A DNA stretch of 62,897 nt, the filler included, from Choristocarpus tenellus KU-1152 (taxonomy: Eukaryota > Protista > Phaeophyceae), in NCBI GenBank assembly GCA_964200185.2. It is 11 parts of 11 records of this genome, joined end to end, with 100 filler letters (N's around TTAATTAATTAA, not from the genome) between each part and the next. Parts side by side here need not be neighbours in the genome. Positions count along the whole stretch, not along the records: positions 1 to 5,197 come from CAXNAD020011539.1; positions 5,298 to 11,595 come from CAXNAD020008451.1; positions 11,696 to 16,610 come from CAXNAD020012548.1; 8 more parts are not named here. One strand, 5' to 3'. Below are positions 1 to 14,145 of the stretch, in pieces. The notes beneath the pieces were generated by a model. That model had not been told where the DNA came from. It searched no databases and saw only the letters and a list, made by a program, of their open reading frames with translations. A program made the translations under genes and the position numbers. Positions within the stretch are counted from its first letter, which is position 1, and each line of letters opens with the position of its first letter.

Positions 1-780
1 AAAGGGGGCTTGTTTTTTTTTTTGAAGTTCGAAAAGAAGAGGGTGGGAAAAAAACAAACTAAAATTTTTATGCCCCCCCCCCCCCCCCCCCCCCCCCCCA
101 ACGCCCTCCTCACCGGGTATTATCTTCAGGTCTTCCTCTAGTGTGTCCAACCTCCTCTCAAGGAGGGGCATTTGTTCAAAGCGCTTCTCGTGGTTCTGAA
201 GTAACGTGCTGTGTGCCTCCACTCTGGTAGAAGCAGCGTAACCGATTTTTCGTGGCAACACAAGGTTAGCAGGTATTATTATGATGGCGTGGAGGAACAG
301 GGAAGTGAGTTCGTAGGAGTTGTTGGAGCTTGTTTTGAGAAATTGCTCAGAGCGACTGGATCGTCTCCTCTCACCCCTAACCCTAAGGGATCCTTTGTAT
401 GTCGGACAAGGTGTGTGAGTGTAGCTGAGCATTGAAAGAACAGCTTTGACTAGACTCCTTTTTGTGGTATAAGGCAAAGTCCCTCACTTTCTCTCTCCCA
501 TCTCCATGCAGGTGCCTCATCAGGACTTAAGACATCAATCTCTTGTCCTTGTTCAGGATTTCATGTGAGGTACTCTCCTTGAAGGAGGTAAAAGCGGATC
601 TGCCTCCCCCTCCCTAGTGTCTGTCCCTTCCTTGATTTTTATTGTTTCTCTATTGATTTTTATTGTTCCTCGATCGACTTTAATTGTTCCATGTTGATGG
701 CGGTATGTGGAACAACGCAAGGCATTGAGAGGGGAGTTGCAGGTTCTTGGCTAGTGTGCCTTGTCTTTTGATTATATTTT

Positions 781-1018
781 GAGTGAAAGTATCTTAGAGG
801 GCACGAGTTTCCCCCTGTTTGTCAATTTGGGGCTTGGCTTCCCTCGGGGCTTTTATGACATTTTCCTACTCGAAAATAATTTTAACATTTTATTTCCGAG
901 TAGGTAAAATGTGTACGTTATGAAAAGGTGTGTCCGGAACAAGGATATTGACACTTCCTAGCAGACACATTTTGGTCCCCAAATGGACGTGGCTCTACCC
1001 TCTAAGATACTTTGGCTC
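781..1018 (+). mobile_element. MITE family A copy (internally deleted)
   Basis: Ends GAGTGAAAGTATCTTAGAGGG...CCCTCTAAGATACTTTGGCTC; TTT on both flanks; matches about 12 other copies in the window. Confidence 0.9.
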
Positions 1019-2329
1019 TTTGTCAAAGCCTTGTGAATTAGGTGCATACCAATTCGAGCTGTGATTTATAGTACCTCAGAAGGGTGTGTGTGTGTGTCTT
1101 TAGATCACGTTGTTTGTTTGGGACTTGATTGGGTGTTGTAAGATACCCCAGTCTGATGCCCATTTTGCGAGTGAATTTCCTTCGGGTTAGGGTTAGGGCA
1201 TGGGGGTGGAAAGGAAGTTGCGTTCAGATGAAAATTGCCCTTACATTTGACAAGTTCACACAGATGACAAGAAAATCATTACAGGTTCACACAGTCCCCG
1301 AATGGACGCTTGGCTTCCCCTCTAGGATACTATGGATCTGTTACACCTGGGTATATACTTCTGTTACAATACAATTCTTATGAGATCCAAGTTGGTGTGC
1401 ATGAACAAGTCGCAAAACTACATACAAGGGTGAGATTAAAATCATAATTGCTTCGATTGGTACCATTGTTACTACTCTTCTTGCTCTAATTCCAATTGTT
1501 ACTACTGTCAGGAACTGGTCGCCTTTTTGGGATCTCCCGATACTGATGAGGATAGTGCGTGCAGTTATATTCATTTGCGTGTGTCCCATTTTGAATTGAG
1601 GCCGGTCCAAGTGATGTGGTGTGGGTCAGACGCACAACTGGCTCACAGTAACCCTGACATAAACAGTGGATTCAAACTAGCAAAGCCCGAGATTGTGTTT
1701 CCTGTTCTGACTGGTCACAACCAATCACAGTGACGATTGATCCACATGGCACTCTGAGGTTGTCAACATACGCCCAGCATGCCTCAGTCTCATCTCTCAC
1801 TTCCTTTCCGAACCTCATCTCTGCGGTTCTCATCACCCCCATTACACAGAACCAGGCCCCTTGACACCACCATTGAAAGCGTTACTGCTAAAGATATATT
1901 TGTTTGCTGTTATGATTCGCACTAGTCTGAGGGTGCGGTTGAAAGGTAGCCAAAAAGAAGACGGTATTAAGTGATTGAGAAACACAGATACTATAGAAGA
2001 AATAGATATGAAGAGACAGGGAAAGAATAATAAAAAAAGAAGGACAAAGAACTCAGTTAATCTACGTTTAATTTTGAAGAGAACCTCTAGGTGTGACGTA
2101 CTATCACCCAACACTTGGGATGGAACATCAGTACCATCATCACACATCGCAAGGTACTATGGGAAAAAAGCGGGAAAAAATAAAGAGATTTCAAGTGTCA
2201 CACCAGGTCCTTCAAAGCGGAATAAGCACCGCTCCTCACATGTCACAAAAGGAAAGGGGGACATGAGAATAGTCAACCCGAAAAGACGATGAGAATAGCA
2301 GCAGTCACCAGACAGTGGAGAGTGGGCTT

Positions 2330-5010
2330 GTCCACTAATCTGCTTGGGCTATCTTGGCTTAGGCGCTGCCTTAGCAAGCTATCAAAGGTTCTCTGGCATC
2401 CCACTCATTCATAATGAAAAACTTAATGCCAGCAACCGCACCCCATTTGTGCCCTTGCTAGTTTGCTGTCATTGTGTTCCGTCCCTCAACTGTGATCCTA
2501 AATTTCTCGAGGCCATCTTGCAGGCACATTCATCAGTCTTCTCCTGTCCACCTCGTTTCCATTTCCTATCCACACACTCCCCAAAACATCAATCCTTTTG
2601 AAAGGCACTCATCCCCCATGCGTGAAACTGCCCAAGCAAGTAGGAATCTGTACTTTGGTACCGTCGCCTTGATATTCTCACACCCCATCTTCACAACAAG
2701 GGTCAACTTTGTAGGACAGTGCGTGATTGGTGTGTTCCCGTTTACAAACTCCAATGCACCATGTGAGAAATTTCTGGTGGTAGGAGCCAAGCGTCAAATA
2801 GTAGACCTGGTGGAATGTCCATTCCCAAAACTACTCCAGAGTATGTTATAGAACATGAAGAACTTCAGCCTTGGGCATTTGAACCTCAATCCCAATTGAT
2901 ACACCTGCGGCTCTGTCATAAAGCACTTGGCAGTACTTGTGAAAGCAAACCAGGACGTTTGAATACCCATAGACTGATCTCAGTGATGATGTCAGCTTCG
3001 TGACTGATTGTGCCTATAAGGAAAAAAACTTTCAGTCTCCTTGTAGTGGTGGCCCAAAGCCCGCATCTGCATGGTGTGCGTAGATCTATTCACAGGTCAA
3101 AGGCATATGGTCTATACGTCATCAACTCCTGCACCATCAGCCTGGATGACCTGGCTAACTTCACAATCGCTACCATCATCCCAGTCAAACCTCCTTGGGT
3201 CTTAGACACAATACCTGCATCGCTGGCTTAAGGGATGACTCGTAGGAGCTGCCGAAGTGTTACCCCACTCTCTGTCACTTCTTCTCCTCCTTTTGTCCCG
3301 TTGTTCGTTGTAGTTCCCTTGATGACAACAGGCTCCTTGGAAGTGAACTCCTTATCTGCTACACTTACTACTGCAGTGAGGAAGATATATCGAACAGAAT
3401 ATCTTAGGAGCAATATTACACCTCTGTTGAAGGCCTTGGCTGACCTCAAACCAATCAGCACACTCTCCATCATCCGTGCAGACACATGCCCACAACCCAC
3501 CGTGGAATTGGCAAATGAGTGAGATCATCTTCTTAGGTACCCCGCTTTTGGCAAGCCTAGCCCACAGGAGATCACGGTCAACAGAGCCAAGTGCTTTGTG
3601 TGTACGTCAACAAAACGCATGAAAAGAGGTGTATGCTTTCCTGGTCAAGTTCTTGGAGGACATGTACGGTGTACGTCATGTCCACGGTTAAGTGCCAGGG
3701 TCGGAAACCCCTTGGAGTATGTTCTCCGGTTTAAGGTAATCTTTCAGTTTATCGTGCAGCAACATTAAGAAGAAAATCGCCAGAGTGTGCTACAAATGAA
3801 ATGTCCCTGTAGTTACTACAATCCACCTGGTCTTTCTTCTTGTGGAGTATATTGATGGCTGATCCAAAGCATTTAAGGATGTTTTGTCCAATTTTTCCGT
3901 TCAGGGCTTTGGTTGCCACAGGTTTTTAGTACAATTTTTCGATTTTTCTGTGTGAACACAGTTACCTAAAATGTATACGGCTATGAAAGGTGTGTCCGGA
4001 GCAAGGATATTGATACCTGCTAACAAACACGATAGACAAAATCCATCAAAATTGCAACATTGGATTTATGACCCCGAAAGGACGCGACCCTACCCTCTTA
4101 AATGCTTTGGGTCGGCTATATCCTTCCAAACATGTAGCACATCTTCCTGGTTCCACACACAGTCAACACTCTCTTGTGGAAGCTCTGGAGGATAGTCTTG
4201 TCCTCAATATGACCAAGTTTCATTCCAGCTGGGTAGATTTCCTGGTATCATTGCCTCCCAATAGTTTGCCATGGCTTGGGTTGCTTCAGTCACTTCCACC
4301 AGTGTTGGTGCATGATCAGTGAGTGCTATTCAAGTGGATCTTTGGTCGAAGGGTTCAGCACTAAGAGGGTTAAGGTATTCTGAGCAGCTTGTCATATCAG
4401 AGCGCTTCAATGGTTCACCCCAACCATTCCATGATGAATGCTTGCTCTCTCGGTAGTCTACAAGATTCATTGTGAATGTGCTGAAAGAAACCACTTTGTC
4501 TACTCTCACTCTCTCTCTTTCTCTCTCTCTGTTTCACTCTTTTAGTTGTTTGTAGAAACCAGCTTGGTCCCAAAAGTAAAAACAGTCTTCCACCTTCCTG
4601 GTAGAGGTGTCAAGGAACTCTTGTAAAACAGACTTCCTCACCCATTTGAGCTGTTTTCCAGCTATCGTTAAGACCTCTTGAAAATGACCTTTTGAGGGTC
4701 TGCGAACTGTTGTTTCCACGCCCTTTTCCGCTCCATCCAGGCCTCCAAGAAGCTTGCTTGAGCTTGGTCACACTTTCACCACTCTCCTTGCAACAACTTC
4801 TGTTTTATGCATATAGTACTTCCTAAGCAGCTTCTGGAAGATGAGCTGTGTACGAAGGTGCCATGTTTTTGATGTTAGTAGGCACTTCAGCTGTAGCCTT
4901 GATATGTCACTGCCTCTTCTGCTGCGGAGATTGTTTTTTCATTCAGCAACTGCACTCAACAACAGTTCAGTCCTCCTTGTTCGACTGGACACCAAATCTT
5001 GGTTGAAAAA
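2330..5010 (-). mobile_element. Degenerate RTE-clade LINE ORF2 (reverse transcriptase to C-terminus), interrupted by a MITE
   Basis: Collinear minus-strand motifs with frameshifts: VW..E.V..WKD, GFRP..TVDM..V..LQEL, VDRDLLWARLA, DDGE..DWFEV.QGL.QGC, DAGIVSKT..GL..MM, GCENIKATV..R.LLA.AV.RMGDE.L.K.LMF, KWKRGGQEK. Confidence 0.85.
3861..4113 (+). mobile_element. MITE subfamily A2 (AAAGCATTTAAG ends) inserted in the RTE LINE
   Basis: GATCCAAAGCATTTAAG...CTTAAATGCTTTGGGTC with a perfect 4-bp TSD GGCT; right half homologous to family A. Confidence 0.85.
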
Positions 5011-5013
5011 AAG

Positions 5014-5161
5014 ACCCAAAGTATCTGAAGGGAGGGGGGTGTCTGCACGAGGGTGTCCATTTGGGTCATAACCAGGAAAAGTGCACTTACATTATCCATC
5101 CGATGTATGCAACCAAATCACCCAAAAATCGCGACATGAAAAAATTGGCCCCAAATGGACA

Positions 5162-5197
<36 letters not shown>
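5014..5197 (+). mobile_element. MITE family B copy running into poly-C at contig end
   Basis: GACCCAAAGTATCTG..GTGTCCATTTGGGTC..CCAAATGGACA; reverse complement of the full copy at 52784-52960. Confidence 0.85.
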
Positions 5198-5297
5198 NNN
5201 NNNNNNNNNNNNNNNNNNNNNNNNNNNNNNNNNNNNNNNNNTTAATTAATTAANNNNNNNNNNNNNNNNNNNNNNNNNNNNNNNNNNNNNNNNNNNN
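5198..5297. other. Artificial contig linker (first of 10; others at 11596, 16611, 19282, 22052, 31531, 42694, 47391, 50461, 59603)
   Basis: Identical 44N+TTAATTAATTAA+44N structure, giving stop codons in all six frames. Confidence 0.98.
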
Positions 5298-5639
5298 CCG
5301 AATGATCAGCTGCCACCCACCCCCCACCCCCAGATACTTTGAGCTGGGGGTCAGGCATCCATTTTTGGGGCCTGTGTGACCCTGTAGTGATTTTATGTCG
5401 TACGAGTGAACATGTCAGATATACGGGTAATTTCTTTCATCTGAATGCACCTTGCTTTTCCATCCTCCTGCCTAGACCAAATCAAAGGAGAATCTCTGAC
5501 AAAACAGGCATCGATCTGGGGTATCTTACAAAACCTTATCGAGCCCCAAATGAACTTGGCCTAAACACCACCACCCCTGTAGGATGCTATGGGCTAAGTT
5601 CAAAGTCTCTGTGACACATTGTGGTGAGACAGACAGTGC

Positions 5640-8300
5640 CAAAAGACACATTGCACGGAAAAAGAAACTCGCAGTGATTTTGCTAGGCACTGCCATTTAC
5701 CACCCCCAGCAACTGCCTGTTTGAATGTGAAAACTACTTGAAAAACAGCGTACTAGGTTGGACACAAAAATGACATCAAAATCCATGCCCAAGTCTCCCA
5801 GTCAATACCCCCTAGGCACTCAAACACATTCCAAAAGACTCCTCACCCTCACTAGATGCACAGTACATGGCTAGGCACTGCCTTGTACTCCCTATGTACG
5901 ATCCGCATCCCACAGCAATTCTACCTACAACAGAGCAAGTTGCGCAGTATCCATCAGCCCTTCTGCCACACAGAGCACAACAGTATGGTACACTTCCTCT
6001 TTCCAACTCCTTGGCTCTCACTCCTAGCTGCAGGCACACCCTGATTCTGAGGAAGGCCATGAGAGACAAAATCTCGTGATCACTGGCGTGAGGTTCAGGG
6101 TTGTCACTGGATGTGTTGGTCCTCTTGTAATCCCCCCATGTGAGCAAGGATAGACCGTGAACGTTATCAGTGAACTGGCAGTGTATTAGGTTTGATCAAT
6201 TCCACTTGCTCCAAGCAAGGTAGGCCTCTGTCTTGCCAATCCTCACTGTTGCGGTAATTCCCCTGTGCCATCAGCATTTGGTCTACCAGGCCTCAATGGC
6301 AAGTGGGGACTGCTTGTGATGATATGTGGAAGTCAATTAAACAGGCATGGTGGAAATAGTTCTCCATCCCCCTGGGAATCCTGGCCTCTTTGTGGCAAAT
6401 CTTTCTTGAACCGTTCCCTGTCAGGCAGTCAGGCACCTCTTTTTGTGAGGTTTTCCTGCAATTGTATGTTCACAACTACTGAAAAGAGTTTTCGCTTCCC
6501 CTTGACCATGTCATTGTACAAAATAGTGTCGTCCCAAAGATGAAAGCAAACAGCGACACCACCGCATTATCCCCTATCGTTTTGGGCTGTATTTCAGCCA
6601 ACATAATGATACAGTCACTGTGTCCTTAGTCAGCACACTAATTAGATACTCCTTGGGGAAATATTTGGGATCTGTTTTCACTAATCCTATGAGAAGCATG
6701 TTGTATTCCCCCTTACCATAGCTGCAGGTCGCACAGAAGCAATTGCAGAATCTCCAATGGCACATATTGTAGGTCTGCCCTTGGAGACATTGAAGGGATC
6801 GCAGCAAGAGTGTCTGATCAGTTGAAGAGATTGCTAGACTCCAAAGAAAAGAACTCCTATGAGGTCAGACCCACTAGGTTACTTTCACTATGATGGTTAA
6901 TCAATTGGGCAGTTGGTGATAGGGCATGAGATGGTGGACAGCTTGAGCAATAACTACACGGTTACCAAGCACTGACTACAACACCATGACAAGGGAAGAG
7001 AGGACATGGGCAAACATAGGAGAGGCTGCCCTTTCGAGATTCTTAATTTTGCAAAGAGAAGCTGAGAACCATTGGAGCACCAGAGAGATCCCTAGTCATG
7101 ATGAGCAATCGGCACCGCCAGATAGGTAACTGCATCTCTGGTTTGATGATGGAAAGTATGAGAAGTATGGACTCTCTCGACAGAACAATGAATGTAATTT
7201 GAAGACAAATGTCACAACTGTGGTGAGAAGGACACTTGAGCTCCATGTGTTACCTGAAGAAGGTGAGTTTGTCTGGTAAAATGTAGATTTTTACTCTTAG
7301 TGTTGAACAACCTATGAGGAACAACACTGAATCCTGGAGATTCAAGACTTATTGGGTGCTCTATTGAGAGAAACCAGGTGAAAACGTTAGGATATGAGTG
7401 TGACCAATGATGTGCTGTACATGTACAACCTTCCTCCTGAGTCAAGGTAGTAAGCATATGACTCCTGTCAATTATGGCTAAAAACAACGCAATGGCATAC
7501 TGTAGTTTCACATCAGGCAAGTAGATGCAGGGACGAGAGCAAGCATTTACTCTGCAGGCTTGAGTGGTCAATTTTTGTTGTGGTGAGAGGCATAGTAGCA
7601 TGCATCATTCATCCTCAATAGGAGCCTCCCTGAGTCCAACACAATAATGTTCATGGTTTGATGAAGTGCATTTGCTGCTAGGAATTCCAGCATTTGGCGC
7701 CCTGGTTGTTATTGGGCTATTCCGTCACACAATCTTAGAATCCATGAGTGGATACATATTGCTTGGGGTTTCATGGATCAGCTGTAGGGAAAAGGTTCCT
7801 TGTGGTTGGCATGAAGACTAATAAGGTGGTGCAGCTTTCGGATGTGCTTTGTCATCCGACCAACAATAGGAAAATCTATTTTCTGTCCTCTGGTATTGAG
7901 AAAGAGGGCGGCACCTCTATATTGTTAACAATTGAGGAGGTGTCAACCACAGTTCACATACTTCCCCCTCATACATACCCTCTGGATAGCTAGAGAGGCA
8001 ACTCTATGTCCAGTCCAGGAGCTAGGGAGTGATGGGGATGGAGCCTCCTGAAATGAAGAGAGATCTGGAAGTGATTCGGAGAATGATTTGGTGGAAACTA
8101 ATAATTCAAGATACTGGAACAGGTTGATTTGGCTTGGCCTGTGCAGCTTTAACCTTCACCAGCTCCATGGAGTACATGATGCGTATCTGCCCACAAGCAA
8201 CGTTTTCAATCTCTGTCCCAACTCCCTTTGCTTCCTCACAATCTTCATAGCATGAGGTGTCCCACACACCCCCACACTGCCACCCAACCCTTCCCATGCA
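5640..8300 (-). mobile_element. Highly decayed non-LTR retrotransposon (RT plus C-terminal Cys/RLE-like remnants)
   Basis: Fragments IDRSHML.TL, PG.SV.P.RLFN and CALCG..DGY..TC in LINE order; many stops; boundaries approximate. Confidence 0.4.
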
Positions 8301-8589
8301 GTGTTGACTCATCAACAGTCAGCTCCCAGGAAGGACAAAATACAGCATGTTTGTTGCAATTCCACGCATGGAGGAAGGATTCCATCTCTACCTACCTCTC
8401 TTGAACCTACACAGCTCAATCCCAACCCTCTCCATCCTCACACCTGCTTGTAGCCAATAAGAATGCTGAGAGCACAAACGTCATGTAGTTGTTAGAGATA
8501 TTGTCCAAGGTCAGTTATTATGTGTATGCTGGTCACCCAACTCCCTTTTTTCCCAATAAACTGACTACGTTCTGTCTACGCTCTCAACC

Positions 8590-9500
8590 AGTGCCATTAC
8601 TACTGGAGTACCCAACAGAAGCGGATGTCACTAGCAAATACCCAATGACTACCTTGTCGTGTGCAAGTGCTTGCAGCCTCTGCCATGACCTCGATTCCGT
8701 CCAATGGGAATAAGTTGAACCATTGATGGACTCCAAATTTCGCCCTCTTGAATGCCACTGCAACCACACCAATGCTGCATGTCAATTGTCAGCATTATTC
8801 AAGTCCATTTTCACCACCATGTCATCCTTGCACGTCCAGGATGGGCTGTTCTTTGTCTTCCCTTGTTGGGAACAAATAGGCCTGCATTTTAAACCTAACT
8901 GTCATCCATTGACCTGATGCCTGAGCTAGTTTCTTCATAGCCATCCTTCTTGTTGCTTCCATCCTCATCAAAATCTTGATTTCCCTAACCCTCTGAATTT
9001 CCCTCCGACTTGTAATCCCTGCCCTCAATTGAATTCTCCCCCTCTGCTGCACGCATAGAATCGTCAACTGGTATGACCACTAGTAGTCTTGATGCTACCT
9101 CTCTTGATGGTCACACCACTTTCAGCAAAGGCCACAACCCACTTGTGATGCTTGTTCCCAACTCAAGGGGTCTGACAGATAACCTCTCCTCACCAGTTCT
9201 TTGTCTTTGAGGCCTTGTTGACCTTGCACAGGGTGAGCCTTACCCTGCACACATCAGTAGCTAACTCAAGGTGTATCTTGGACACAACCAATTCGTTGCT
9301 TTGGACAAAATCCCTTTTAACCTGCATAGCCTGCCATAGCTAATCTGTAATATTTCCAAGTCTCTCTCCATTAACCTGAAGCACTCATCCAAAAAGGAGC
9401 TTCTGAAAGTCCATCTCCATGCTGGCAAGGCACATAACCTTTGCAATTCCGTTTTTGCCTCTTACACCAGAGGAGGTTATAGAGATAAAATTCTGAGCTT
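8590..9500 (-). mobile_element. Possible Copia gag relic
   Basis: W...RFKMQAYL resembles a Copia gag N-terminus; the remainder is degenerate. Confidence 0.3.
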
Positions 9501-12358
9501 CACAAGATTCCCCTTAAACAATCTCAGATACAACATTGGCTGCTATTGTTGGAATGTTGCAAAGTGATTTATTGTTTGTGGGTGAACAGGCAATCAGTCG
9601 CTTATAATCGTTTCAGAATACTGAAACGCCAACAAAATACCCTACATCAATCCACTGAACTCCACATATGAAAATCACAGCGTCTGTTCTCCAATTATCT
9701 ACAAATATAGGTGACTTTCATCCAAATCTGCACGCACTTCACAGGGGATGTATTTCACAATCGGATTTTGTTTTGGACTAGATACGATGGACAGACTGTC
9801 TGGATTGGCCTGTATGGATTTTTCAGCAACCAGTGGCTTATGTTCAAGTACTTGAAAATTTTGTTGCCCTAATAAAGATCAGTGGATTACTCTTGGAACA
9901 ATGTCAAGAATAGTGATTAATTCGTTGAAGTATCATTTGCCTATAACTCATGAATGTAGATAAGCATTTGCCAAAGATCTGCTCTATAACTAAAGCAGTG
10001 AAGTGTTCACCATTGTGAGTGTACACTGCATGATGATACAGTACTGGAGATGAACCATTATGATACATAGTAGAACTGACGGTACAGCTAGGGACACTAC
10101 ATTAGTGCATTAAAGCCTTTGCTTTCAATGGTATAGTGTGGTGAAACTTTTCCATCTCCATGATGTGGTAACACTTGAAGTATGTCATTCTCAAACTAAT
10201 ATTGTGGCAGTATTTAATTTGCAATGTTGTAATCTTATGATGTTGTCATACACTGTATATATATCGGAATGAAATATATATACTTACAAGTGGAGGCAAA
10301 TCACCAGAATGCCCATATCGGAACTTAAGCAAGTTGCCATTGTGTTTGGGACTTTGCTTACAAGATATATGCCTATATCTGTGTGTGTGTGTGTTTGTGT
10401 GTGTGTGTCCTAGCTCCATCTATCGCTGAAAATGTCCCATCTCAGTCTCAACCTGCAGTATCAAGCACCCTCCCCCCACCTCCCTCCTGCCCCTTCCGTG
10501 TTTTCATGTCAGGGTTATTGAGGCGGCCTGGCCTGATAGTGGAGTGGACATGGGTGTGGTCACAACAGGGGCAGGGTCAGCTGGAAATGGACAATTGGAT
10601 GGAGTCATTGTCGATAGATTGCTACCTGCTTTTGAGGGGGGGCATGAGGGAAAGGTTGAAGGTGACTTTATGGGCCCACAGCAAGCTCTGGCGGCGCTTG
10701 TGAGCCGTCGTTTTAAGGTGGGAGATTGTTGATCGGAGGATTGTGACTTTTGGGTGGTGAGGTGTTTGAGTCGAGTTTATGCTGAGCGTTGTTGCCTGTC
10801 TTTGGCAAGGTCTGCCTACAGGACGATTACCACAAAGACATGATCTTGATAAAGTGGTGGCAATGTTCTACAAAACAGTCTACAGTTGTATGGAGCTCTT
10901 TCTATACTTAGAAGTGTGTGTGTCATAACATTCAGTAAATGCTACACAATAGTCTGGAATACAGTGTGCAGCAAGCTTCAGTATTCGTTGAGGTTCTGAG
11001 GATGAACAAAAATCATTTCATCCTTACCATTCTAAAGCAGTTGTTGAGAAGGCTAAGCCATGCCTCTGTTCAAATGATTTGTGAACCTTTGTTTTCAGGG
11101 ATAGGGTATGGACCAGCTGGAGCGAATGGAATAAGCAATGTCTCATTCTTCTGGTAAACTCAATGGAAACAAGATTTGAGTACCTAGGAATCTTGTGCTG
11201 TAATAGAGCAGTCTCCTCAAATAGTCTTTCTGAATGCTGATCTCACCACATCTCTTCATGAATTCCAACCAACGGCAATCTAGCTTGTATCTTTACTCCT
11301 GCACTTATTTTCACAATGAAGAAATGCATTCACAACAAAGTTGCAGATAGTTGTCTGCGCAACCGACTCCCTACATGGGGAGTTCAAGGTCACACTCATC
11401 CCCATATGTCCAAGAGAATATACCCCTTTCTTTTCAGCCTCATGGCGAGTGTCATTTAATATTCCTTGTCAACACTGTACCTTAGCCTAACCCTAGCTTT
11501 ATCCCCCCCCCCCAATACTCCCAATGTTCAAGTGCTGTGGTAACCTATCCCGGTCACACAAACACGTATGGCGCTCTACTAAATGCACATGGAAANNNNN
11601 NNNNNNNNNNNNNNNNNNNNNNNNNNNNNNNNNNNNNNNTTAATTAATTAANNNNNNNNNNNNNNNNNNNNNNNNNNNNNNNNNNNNNNNNNNNNTGTGC
11701 TCACTCCGCTAATAAATAAATCCATACAACTTGAAGCAAAGACTCTATTGGAAGAGTTCTCTTTTGCATAAAAACCGTACCCTCAAAGTAGACTACTAGT
11801 TAAATAGAGTCGGAATGGTCCGAAGTCTATCCGTTCAACATTGATAAACCATAAACATTCCTATTTGAAATCGTAACCAGAACGAAAATTTAAAACATTT
11901 CTTAAAAGCTTCCTTGTGCGTTATGGAACCGGCACGTTGGAGTCATTTTCGGAATATCTAACGGTCAAAATAATCGGAGTGTTTCGAAGTGCACCCCATG
12001 CACCATTAGCACAACAGACAAGTATGTTCCGATTTCCGAGGTTAGCCTGTGCCCGTTGGAATAACAGCCATGTATGTTCGGATATCAAGAATCAGAACAA
12101 AGATCTGAATATTTCCTGGAAACTTCCCTGTGGGTTATGTATTTCCTGCAAGTTGGAGTCTCTTTCGGAATATCTACCCTGCTATATATGGTTGATCTCC
12201 ACGTTTATCGAACCGCCTTTATCCGACCGGTTAGGGTCGTTGAGCTATACGTTTCTGTTGGGGCGGCAGAACTCTGTGTAAGTACATCATGCGACTCCAC
12301 CGCCCCACACCCCTCGCATCACTCCAACACGCACCACCATACCACAAACCCATACGCC

Positions 12359-14145
12359 ATGCCTTCCACCCAAGAAAGGCCTGCTAAGGGATCGTTGGAG
12401 CGGCCCGCTTCTGCCTTGCCCTCTCAACAGCAGCAGTAGCAGCATCAGCAGCCCAACGTGGCCTCCGGAGGCGGCTTGAAAGTGCTGCTTGAGTGGTATT
12501 TCATCGGCAGGTTTGATGTGAGTCAAGTATTTACTAGTATTATTGTAATCGGGAATCTCGGCATGAATTTTCAGGCAAAAGCGTAAAGCACAAAGTCGTA
12601 TACGCGGAGAGGGATCCTCGTAATGTCTAGTCTACAGTAAGTTTGAGATCAAGTCGTTCGTTGCTGTGGGGTTGCCCATTGCATTTTTCATAATGATGTC
12701 GCAGATGATAGCAAGGGTTGTTGTATCAATGTATGCTACTTGTGCAGCCACTTCATTATGATTAAGATACCGCGCCTCTGCGGGTACTTGCTTGATTGTA
12801 TTGGTGACTGCAACACGTCTTTTTCCATTTTCCAACAGAGGTGTTGGTAATCCCCTCTCCCTTCGATTGTATTCCGTACCAGATGTACGGACGCGGAGGA
12901 TGCGGTCCTAGCTTCGTCTGCTGATCGAGACAGCGAGCTTTCGTGGGTGGTGCTGAAAGAGGGGCGGACTCTCGTCGCTCTCGTGCCCGAACTTTCGAGG
13001 CTCCAAGCCATTACGGATGACCTAGCTATTATTTGCGACCATGCCACAAAGTCAGGACTGTGGTCGAAGATCCTGACTGCTGATCAGCCCCAGAAAATGG
13101 TGGGAGGGCGCCTCCGGCCGGTAAACATGCTGGAGACAAATGTTCCACGCATGGTGCTTGACGACATGGCGTCCAGACAAGAAGGATTGGATGGTTCCCC
13201 CACCCGGCAGGTGGCACAGAAGGCCGCTGCATCCAAGGGCCTCGAGATAAAGGTATGCACATCGAGGGACGATCGAACCTCACATACTATGTGAGGGCTT
13301 GTTTGTTGTGGCTATATTGTAAATAACTCAATTGAGGTTCTTCTAGCAAGCAGTGTTGGCTAATACATGCATGCCATTTGACATTGATTGGTGTGTGCTG
13401 TCCTCCAGGCGATAGAAGGTAGAGTCAACAATCTTGTCAGGTTCAGTTTACAGCTTGTATGTGAACCGTGTGTGGAACGTTTCTGCCTAGTTGGGAACCG
13501 ACCATCGCAACCATGGCATCCCACTACTTACAAGCTCTCTTTGCTGTTACGCCTTTCCACCCACCCGCATTTTTCCTGATATTTTCCGACATTTTCACAG
13601 GAGTCTGATACTCATGGCGTCGGGCTATTTGTGGTGAAGGACATCAAGGCTGGGGACTTCATAGATATTTCTTGCTTCGGAACCTTCATAGTGTACGATA
13701 CGGAGAAGGAGGTTCATGACGCCATTATGGCTGATGGCGTTCCTCGGTACATGGTGACGAACGATGTGGCTTCTATGTGTGTAGGCGGTGAAGTGTCGCA
13801 GCTGCACGCAGTGCTGTTTTTAGTGCCACTACCTTGCCACTTTTTGTGGTACATGAACTCATGCGGGGCGGACTTGGAGAAGGCGAATGTTGAACGGCAC
13901 TCGAAGTTTATCCCCACAATTGGAGTCTTGAGAAGGGATCGACGGGGGGAAGGGGTGGGGGAGCAAGAGCACGGAAATGCCTGCTCTGGGAAGCACTGAG
14001 TTACCCACCTAACACGCTGAAGTGCAGGTTAGCTAGAGACATCGTAGCAGGAGAGGTATTGCTGCATAACTATTTCTTTCCAGGAAGTAGGGCAGGTGGT
14101 TCGGAAAGTTCGGATGACGAGGATGAGGATGAAGAGGAATCATAA
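12359..14145 (+). pseudogene. SET-domain (lysine methyltransferase-like) gene, disrupted
   Basis: Exons 12883-13252 and 13601-14145 splice to GLEIK|ESDTHGVGLFVVKDIKAGDFI...YMNSC...ANV...RDIVAGEVLLHNY plus an acidic tail. There is a 1-nt frameshift at about 13945-13960 (G-run) and an in-frame TAG at 12437 in an upstream poly-Q; the link to that upstream part is tentative. Confidence 0.75.
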